In this document: one piece after another, positions 25,220 through 34,294 of the stretch | How the letters are laid out: each line of letters begins with the position of its first letter | Position numbering within the stretch: the first letter of the stretch is position 1 | Source: Squalus acanthias | Lineage: Eukaryota | Length of the DNA stretch: 64,000 nucleotides | Reading direction: 5' to 3' | Assembly (NCBI GenBank): GCA_030390025.1 | Contig: CM059425.1 | Span: forward strand, 177,508,001-177,572,000 | The notes under the pieces: generated by a model | What the model was told of the DNA's origin: nothing | Database searches by the model: none | Seen by the model: only the letters and a program-made list of their open reading frames with translations | Position numbers and translations under genes: made by a program

Positions 25220-27742
25220 ATTGGTTAAAGAAACAATTACAGCTGTGAGGAGGGATGATATGTTAGAAGGATCATCAAATGAAGCCATATGAGTTGAACT
25301 GAAGAACAAAAAAGGGGCAATCACACTGCTGGGAGCGTACTATAGACAACAAACAGTCAGAGAGAGATGGAGCAAATATGTAGGCAAATTTCTGAGAAGT
25401 GCAAAAACAATAGGGCAGTAATAGTCGGGGATTTCAACTACCTTAACATTAGGGATAGAATCAGTGTAAAGGTAGCGACGCAGAATTCTTAAAATGCATT
25501 CAGGAGAATTTAGCCAGTACGTAGCAAGCCCAACAAGAGAGGGGGTGGTTCTGGACTTAGTTTTAGGGAATGAAGCTAGGCAGGTGGAAGGGGTATCAGT
25601 GGGGGAGCATTTTGGTAGTAGTAATCATAATTCAGTTAGATTTAGCATGGTTATGGAAAAGGACAAAGATAGATCAGGAGTAAAAGTTCTCGATTGGGGA
25701 AAGGGCAATTTTACTAAGCTGAGATGTGATTTAGCGAAAGTGGACTGGAAACAGCTACTTTAAGGTAAATCAATGTCAGAGCAGTGGGAGGCATTCAAGG
25801 AGCAGATAGTGAGGATACAGAGCAAATATGTTGCCACAAAGAAAAAGGTGGGACTCAAAAATCTAGAGCCCCCTGGATGTCAAGGGGCATACAGGGTAGG
25901 ATAAGGCAAAAAAGGGAAGCTTATGTCAGATACCGAGAGCTAAATACTGCAGAAAGCCTAGCGGAGTATAGAAAGTGCAGGGGTGAAATTATAAAGGAAA
26001 TTAGGAAAGCAAAGAGGGCATGAAAAAATATTGGCAAGTAAAATCAAGGAAAACCCAAAGATGTTTTATAAATACATAAAGAGGAAGAGGATAACTAAAG
26101 AAAGAGTAGGGCCCATTAGAGACCAAAAAGGTAACCTGTGTCTGGAGGCGGAAGATGTGGTTATGGTTCTTAAAGAATACTTTGCGTCTGTCTTCACAAA
26201 AGAGAGGGACGATGCAGACATTGTAGTTAAGGAGGAGGAGTGTGAAATATTAAATGAGATAAACATAGCGAGAGAGGAAGTATTAAGGGGTTTAGCATCT
26301 TTGAAAGTAGATAAACCACCAGGCCCGGATGAAATGTATCCCCGGCTGTTAAGAGAAGCAAGGGAGGAAATAGCGGAGGCTCTGACCATCATTTTCCAAT
26401 AATCTCTGGCTACAGGTGTGGTACTGGAGGACTGCTAACGTTGCACCATTGTTTAAAAAGGGAGAAAGGGATAGACCGAGCAATCACAGGCCAGTCAGCC
26501 GAACCTCGGTGGTGGGCAAATTGTTGGAAAAAGTTCTGAGGGACGGTATAAATCATCATTTAGAAAGGCACGGATTAATCAAGAACAGTCTTTATGGATT
26601 TGTTAAGGGAAGGTCATGTCTGACTAACTTGATTACATTTTTTGATGAGGGTAATGCGTTTGATGTAGTCTACATGGAATTTAGCAAAGCTTTTGACAAG
26701 GTCCCACATGGCAGACTGGTCAGAAAAGTAAAAGCCCATGGGATCCAAGGGAAAGTGGCAAGTTGGATCCAAAATTGGCTCAGTGGCAGGAAGCAAAGGG
26801 TAATGGTCAACGGGTGTTTTTGTGGCTGGAAAGCTGTTTCCAGTGGGGTTCCGCAGGGCTCAGTACTAGGTCCCTTGCTTTTTGTGATATACATCAATGA
26901 TTTAGACTTCAATGTAGGGGGCATGATTCAGAAGTTTGCAGATGATACAAAAATTGGCTGTGTGTTTGATCGTGAGGAAGAAAGCTGTAGGCTGCAGGAA
27001 GAAATCAATGGACTGGTCAGGTGGGTAGAAAAGTGGCAAATGGAATTCAATCCAGAGAGGTGTGAGGTAATGCATTCGGGGAGGGCTAACAAGACAAGGT
27101 GGTTAAGAAGGCATAGGAGATACTTTACTTTATTAGCTGAGGCATAGAATATAAGAGCAGGGAGGTTTTGCTTGAACTGTATAAAACACTGGCTAGGTTA
27201 GAGTACTGTGTACAGTTCTGGTCACCACATTACAGAAAGGATGTGATTGCACTAGAGGGTACAGAGGAGATTTACGAGGATGTTGCCAGGACTGGAATAT
27301 TTTAGCTATGAGGAAAGATTGGATAGGCTGGGGTTGTTTTCTTTGGAACAGAGGAGGCTGAGGGGAGATTTAATTGAGGTGTATAAAATTATGAGGGGCC
27401 TAGATAGAGTGGATAGGAAGAACCTATTTCCCTTAGCAGAAGGGTCAATAACCAGGGGGCATAGATTTAAAGTAATTGGTAGAAGGATTAGAGGGGAGTT
27501 GAGGAGAAATTTTTTCACCCAGAGGGTGGTGGGGGTGTGGAACTCACTGCCTGAAAGGGTGGTAGAGGCAGAAACCCTCATCACATTTAAAAAGTACTTG
27601 GGTATGCACCTGAAGTGCCGTAACCTACAAGGCTACGGACCAAGAGCTGGAAAGTGGGATTAGGCTGGATAGCTCTTTTTCGGCTGGCACAGACATGATT
27701 GGTCGAATGGCCTCCTTCTGTGCCGTATATTTCTATGATTCT
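25220..27742 (+). mobile_element. Longer decayed CR1 LINE (endonuclease remnant and RT)
   Basis: VGDFN, PTREGVVLDLVL, KPPGPDEMYPRLLRE, FSKAFDKVPH, GVPQGSVLGP and FADDTK motifs, with stops and frameshifts. Confidence 0.92.
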
Positions 27743-28553
27743 TGAGTTAAAATCAGTAAAGAGATTAGGGATGCTTCTGTAATTTTGGAATTTATTGGTC
27801 AAAATTGAAGAAAACTGAGAAACATTTCTATAAACTGTGCTCCACCTGTTGCAGTTTATCGTTCATCGTCCTAATCTTATCATCTTCCCCTTTGTGTTTA
27901 AAATGGACTGGGACTTTATTTTTGTACTTTGTTTTGTAAGTATCATCTGCAGGCAATGTTCATTTCGAAGATTAGCTGCAGAAGCTGAGTGTTTGCACAT
28001 ACAAGAAACCTCTTTGACATAGTGGTACTCCTTTGGTACTGTGTCTGCAAATCATTATTCAATATCCAGAGGGAATTTGACAGAGGCAATACAGATCTTA
28101 CGCACCTTGCTAGAAATTTAGAGGATGTGGCTAATTATTGCAGGAAGAGAATGAATGGTAAGGGGAAAAAAAACATTTTCTTCTCACCCCTGTTAATGTT
28201 TTCTGACCTAGTGGAAATGTAGCAAAAAACTGAAAAATAATGTTGATATATGTCAGTTTTCCAGTGCAGTGTACAATCCAATTTGTTTCATTTTGGCCCC
28301 GATCTTGACAGGGGCATGTTGCACAGGCGGGTGGGGGCAGAGTTACGGACGGGAAACCCGGATGTCCAGGTTGCCCCGCACGCTGTGGAGATTTGACTCC
28401 ACAGCGTGCGTATTTTATTTTTGCCAGGATCACCGCCCAGAAGTCAGCCTGATTGACAGGCTTGGCTTCCAGTTGGGAAGGGAGCAATCTGGAGCAGGCT
28501 TCAGTCCCAGGTGGGGAGCCTGCATCTGCCACTGGGAGTGTGGGGGGATGGGG

Positions 28554-30170
28554 TGTAAGGGGGCGTGTCTCAGACGGTGCTGGTGCGAGGTTAGGCCTTC
28601 GTTGCCTATACTATTGCTTGCTCTGGTCTCCGGCCAGCCTTTTTGCAATAAGCATCTGTGAGTGGTTCGACCCACTCGCCCTTACGGTTCTAACACTGGA
28701 CTTCGGTGCAGGGAGCAGTAATGCAGAGAAAAACTCAAATAGACCCGGTTGAATAGTACGAAATGGAAAACTTTATTGCATGGCGTCTAAAATCATGAAA
28801 TACATGTCATAGGCGCAAATCAAAGATAGTACAAGTATACATACATTCATAAAGCTTGGTCTATGGAAATGGAGAACACACGGCACATCGTAGAAAGGGG
28901 AACACATTATACCTTAACCTTATTAAAAGCCACCCTCCCTTAACATTACCTACACTACGTCTAGATTTGTAGGATCGGAAAACATGCTCACCACTCGTGT
29001 TACTTCGGAGATTTTAAAGTGGGGCACTCAGCTCGTTTCGCTGCAGCGCCTGACTGTCACGTGTTTGGAAGGGTCTCTGCACCCCACTTGTTTACTTTCG
29101 CTGCTGCGAAAAGCAGGCCAGACTCCCTGTTGTCATGAAGGAATTGACGGACCTCGGACACAGTTCAAAGAAGAGTCTTCCTGTGCTCGACACAGGTTGT
29201 AGTCGGTAGAACTCAAAGAAGAATCCTGTATTTATATTTTCGGGCGCGGTCGGGGTTTACTGACCGTGGCGGCACGTGGATTTTCTTCTCGTCTTCTTCT
29301 CGTCTCGTCTCCTCGGGCCTCCGGGTCCAGACACCGTTTACCGACACTCGGGATGGTGTACCCTGTTACTTGCCCTTGTCGGGGCGGCTCGTACCGATTG
29401 AGCTCCACCCAACACTCGAATAACCGACCAGTACGGCTAAGAGTCAAGAGTCAACAAAGTCCAGAGAAACACAAAGTCCAGCCCTAAGGAAGAGCTTCAG
29501 CAAGGGTCCGCTGAGAGATAAGAGACTGATGGACATTTGTTCTCTATAGTTATAGTGATGTGTCCACTTATCTCCCGCTCAAATCTTAATGTTTATCCTT
29601 TGTGTAATATTGGCGCTCAAAACTCCCAGCATGGGGCGATTATCTTCTTTAACGGGTTTCGGTAGCACCTGAAACTGGCCAACTATCCGTTAATGTTTTC
29701 CCCATTGTTGGACCAGCCAGGATGTGTATGAATCGTCTCCCTGACTGGTTTTGGGGGCCCCCAAATACCGACTTAATCACCCGTCAATGTCTCTCTCATT
29801 GTAGAGCCGGGGGGGTATTTGTGTATTGATGTATCTGGATGGGCCTTCGATTGCCCAGTACAATGATCCTTACTGTGCATAGGAAAACGATTCCAGCACT
29901 TATATCTTTGCTATTGTTCCAAATGCAAACGGGTTGCATCCTGTCTTTATCAGTGTTTACCGAGTATGATCCAATCTTATACTGAATGTATATTCAACGC
30001 CATTTTGTCTGCCCACTGTGTTTCTGGAAGCTTCTGCCACGATGCTCGGTGGCCATTTTACAGGCTTCTGTGTCCTTTATAATCAGGACAGCATTTCGTT
30101 TAATAAAACTGATCAAACGAATCTGCTTCTCTTGTGTTATTTTGAATCGCGATAATTGCGAAACTTTACA
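28554..30170 (-). repeat. 3' LTR
   Basis: Direct repeat of 36099-37715. Minus-strand TATAAATA at 29236-29229 and AATAAA at 28777-28772; preceded by purine-rich AACAGGAGGGAC. Confidence 0.95.
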
Positions 30171-30182
30171 GTCCCTCCTGTT
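30171..30182 (-). other. Short polypurine tract (PPT) candidate
   Basis: AACAGGAGGGAC immediately 5' of the 3' LTR TG on the minus strand. Confidence 0.55.
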
Positions 30183-30562
30183 GATGCGAATAACTCCACT
30201 TATCGTATCAATTAAAATGCTGGTAAGCAAAATTATCCCGATTCTCCACATCCAAACATTCCCGGTAATTAAAACTATCTATGGCCTCCATGCAGTCCTC
30301 ATTTCCCAGAGAAATTACATTGTCTAACTTGGACAAATCGTAGGCAGCATTGCCTTTAAACTTACACTGCGTATACGCCTTCCAGGTGCAAAAGGCCGAT
30401 GCCTCTCGCACCACCTGCATATGCAAGTTTTATTATAAAAGGAAAAATAATCAAACCAACTATTTTAAAAATACAAAAATTCCAAACATAGTTACACATA
30501 CTCATATCTAACAACAACTACAAAACACACATGGAAAAATGGAGCGGCGTCATCCTGGCCGT

Positions 30563-32914
30563 TTACGCAGTACTTTCCTCGTTCATGCGCACGTAATGTT
30601 CTCTCCACTCCCCTGTGTTCTCCTGCCTTGTGAGGCGTTTGCCTCTCTTGCAGTGTACGACCAATAGGTACACTACAATCACAACTTGACACACTACCAA
30701 AATGTGGGAGGCTATACTGATCCAGGACGGGACCTCAATATTAGTGAACAGATCCCACCACGGTGGGATTACTATGTCCAAAATTTCTGTCCCTATCTCT
30801 ACAGTCTTTTGTTCCAGGGTGTAAAAATGTTTCTGTGATACCATGACGGCTTTTAAAATCTTGGTGAGGTGTTCAGTGAGAGGGGGAATGATGTATCCGA
30901 AATGCGCGACGAATCGCTGCAAGTCTGTGAAATTCTCTTTTACTGTGAGGTGAACAGTGGATGGTTCAGGGATCAGGACAATTCGCTGCTGTGCCACTTG
31001 AACTTCAGCCCTGGGTTTAAAACAGAAACTGCTGTCACTCACCGGACACCGGCTGTGCTGCCCATGCTGGTAGTGTTGCGCTGCAGTGGTAATGCAATAC
31101 GTTCCACCCCCTATGTATGCCACCTGTGGAGGCACATGATCTTGTGTCATTGCTTCCATGGTGCAATTCATGGGCTTCGTGCCAGCCATTCTGAACCCGC
31201 ATTGTGGTGTTAAAAACGCATTCAAGTGCTGGGGACACAGTATGATGTGTGCTCCCCGGCCACGACAACCCGATAGGTCGGTACCTGTCATCGTTTGCTC
31301 CCAGCGGATGACGTAAGGTGGGACCGCTGCGTAGCGAATGTGGGCTCCCCCCTGAATGACACCAATGTTCTTCACCCGGTACACCGGGGCGGGCTTTGCT
31401 GTGTCGCCCAACACCGGCATCCGTACTACTATCCCCATGATGGTATGATTTGACCGTCCGCAGTCCACTGGGACTGGGTATGCCTCTGAGGCTAGCCTGA
31501 GCTGGCACGGGCTTAATGCGTTCTGAAAAGGGTAGAGCACCTGCAGGTGTTTGTTACTTATCCAGGACGGGACCAAACCTTGTTTTAAATCCTCCAAATT
31601 ACTGCGGCCCTCGCCCAGTAACCACGCCCCGTATAGTACGCACACCTCGTTCTGCGCAGCTTGATCGGATGCATTTCGATCTTACCTGATCAGGACATTT
31701 ACCGTTCTCGCATGCTTCTCCAGCTCTGCTATAATCTCTTTTAAGTGTAGTGTCATGGCCTGGTCCTCATGTAACTCAGACCCTACTACCTTGTTCTCGT
31801 TTGTGAGGATGCTTTTTAACTGTGTTTTTAAACCGTTGATCTGGGTCTGCAGCTCCACATTGTCTAGAGCGTTGACCACAGATGTTCCCATATTAAAAGC
31901 AGTGAACACATCGTTCACAACACTCCTTCTTTGTCTCCCCACCTGACCCAAAACTTCGTGTGGTGTGGTATATAAGCTTGTTTTGTCAACCTCTGCAAAA
32001 TCAAACTCATAAAATTGCCTGAACATGTTTGTTAACAGGACCTGGTACAATTTTTCCGTTTCTTTGGGGCACCACTCTGGTAAATGCACCTCGGTGAGAT
32101 TTAGAATCACCGAGGCCACCGCGTAATGTACCCCTTGATATAGTATCTGATCTGTTGGCACCAGTACCAGACCATTCCCGGGCCCCTTAGTGGTTTTAGG
32201 GCACCCTTCCTCCTGAGCCAAAGCCACCGGAATCGTGGGCGGAGACTTGCGTGGGCGCGTGATGAGTTCAGTGGCGTTTACCGGGATCAGGGAGAATGGA
32301 GCTCCGCACCCCCGAGTGCTGACGTCCCACCTCATCCCTTTCCCGGCATCCTGCCACTGTTGTAGGAAAAATATGGATATACCCTTGGGGCAAACGTACT
32401 TCGATCCCCACATACAAACATATATTCCCTCATCCGGTTCCCACCATTTGTCCCAACAGACTTTCAATTGTCCGTTAGTCCCCGTAATTGTCCGATGGGT
32501 ATTGTTACCCAATCGCTCCCACTCGACCGAGGAGTTTCTCATAGTCTTGCTTAACTTCCGTAACCACCACCATCGGCTCAATGGGACCTTCCCATTGCAC
32601 GTCAAACAAATCCTTTTGCCGACGGTGACGCTGATTCTGGGTGCAACGATCCTCACTCTGGGACACAGTAAAGAAGTCTCTTTATAGGCAAATCCGGATG
32701 CGCTGGAGTATTCCCTCGAATTCGTTCCCAGCCATCCCGGCCACCTTCCCTTGTGGAAGTAAGTGGCAGTTTCCTCAGCCTCTCGCTCCCCGGTCCCATC
32801 CGTCGCGATGGGGGCCGTGTCCCCGGAGCAACCGAACACAACGACATCCTTGGTGAGGCCCCGATAGGCCAATCCATATCCGATCGTTGCGAGCACTATC
32901 AGAATCCTTTCCAT
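30563..32914 (-). pseudogene. env: env-like class I fusion glycoprotein (~783 codons) with one in-frame TAA at 31684-31682
   Basis: ORFs 32914-31682 and 31645-30563 share a frame with no other stop between them. Signal peptide, Ig-like motif, RQRR furin site, fusion-peptide-like segment, heptad repeat, Cys-rich region, TM, and tail with YVRM. Confidence 0.85.
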
Positions 32915-33145
32915 ATCTCCTGGTTCCTGTGATCAGATAAAATGATGTAGCCAGCCTCCCAAGAGTCTCTGGCTTTTGTGAAGGGTGAGCGGGTCCCTTG
33001 ACCTCGTCTCACGTACAAAGACATGTATACTGGATAGACTTTAACTATTCCTATCACTAACTCCCATCATTTTACCATTTACTTTTAAAATTAAACTACA
33101 AACTTACCAAACTTAAGGAACTATAAACTTAAACTTATCCTAAAC

Positions 33146-34294
33146 TTAACTGTACAGCGCCGCCCGTTCCCAGGGCGGCCTACCTAAATTCTGCGAAGGC
33201 TGCCACGAGCTTTTCCCAGTGGCGGGGGGGGCACTGACCCCTTCCTTTGATCTGCCGCAGCCTGTCGCTGCTGCGCTGGGACTGTGATCTCCTTGGGCTG
33301 CCTTGAACTTACGCCTGGGGGTGTACGAGGGATTTGACCACAACTTCCTGGGCTGGGGTGTCCGACTTGACCTACGGAGGGCTACCTTGGGCAAGATCTC
33401 CAGGACCGACGGACCGGGAACCGGGACTTCCACCGTCACGGCCTGTGGTCCCACCACAGCCGCCGGCTCTGTCTCCCCTGGCTCCGCCCCCCTGGGCTCG
33501 GGATCTGCGGTTTCCGACTCCACCCTACTTGTTTCCCCAGTAAGTGGAACTCCACTCGCAATCCCTATCTCCCCTATGCTTGGGTCGAGGGCGGAACCTC
33601 CGTCCTCCGACCCCACCACCTCTCCGACCGGGTCACTACCTTGGTCGAGCTCTCCGAGCTCTTCCTCATCTGAATCCCACGAAAAAGAAAAGATCCTACA
33701 CTTTTCCAGAATGTCCTCTCCCCTCACGCAGGCTGCTTTACCGGCCTGTGTGCCCTGCGGTTCTACCCGGGGCTGAGAGTCCCCACTCGCAGGTTTGGCC
33801 CCTCCCCTATGACAGGCCACCGCCCCTGCTTGTGCATTCTGTGAAATCGCGCCTGCTGGAGGCTGCAGATTTCTATTCTGTTTTAGTTTGGGCAACTCTG
33901 CTACCATGGCTTGCAACTGCGGGGTGGTGAATTCCCCCGGGGTTGTTGAGCAAACCATCCCTCTGGCTTTGGATAGGGCTTGGGTCAGACCTTTTATCCT
34001 TTCCTCACAGGGCCCATGGTTTAAATCCTCATACTCCCGGCTCCTGGCTACCCTGTAGGCTGCCTTTATGTCTCTAAGCTGTGCTTCTAGCCCGTCTACT
34101 TTCCCCATTAAGCGGGCGTTCTCCTCCCGTAAGGCCTGCTCTCTAAGCTGCCCTTCTAGCCCGTCTACTTTCCCCATTAAGCGGGCGTTCTCCTCCCGCA
34201 AGGCCTGCTCTTTTAACCTGGCCTCCTTACAGGAGACCCCCTCCTGTGCGTGTCTTTCAAGGGGACACAGGTAGGCAGGCTGCGCCGGTTCCAG
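33146..34294 (-). CDS. ORF2 in the pol position, in frame with gag after a single TGA; Gag-paralogous coiled coil plus low-complexity C-terminus
   Basis: Open from 34294 (LEPAQPAYLCPL...) to TAA at 33146; no PR, RT, RNase H or IN motifs seen. Confidence 0.65.
   Translation of the reverse strand: MEPAQPAYLCPLERHAQEGVSCKEARLKEQALREENARLMGKVDGLEGQLREQALREENARLMGKVDGLEAQLRDIKAAYRVARSREYEDLNHGPCEERIKGLTQALSKARGMVCSTTPGEFTTPQLQAMVAELPKLKQNRNLQPPAGAISQNAQAGAVACHRGGAKPASGDSQPRVEPQGTQAGKAACVRGEDILEKCRIFSFSWDSDEEELGELDQGSDPVGEVVGSEDGGSALDPSIGEIGIASGVPLTGETSRVESETADPEPRGAEPGETEPAAVVGPQAVTVEVPVPGPSVLEILPKVALRRSSRTPQPRKLWSNPSYTPRRKFKAAQGDHSPSAAATGCGRSKEGVSAPPATGKSSWQPSQNLGRPPWERAALYS

Noticed and set aside
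27953..28157. Possible + strand exon with NLEDVANYC, faintly like the ABI-family N-terminus
   Set aside because: In-frame TGA at 27986 just upstream, no partner exons found, and the similarity is too short.
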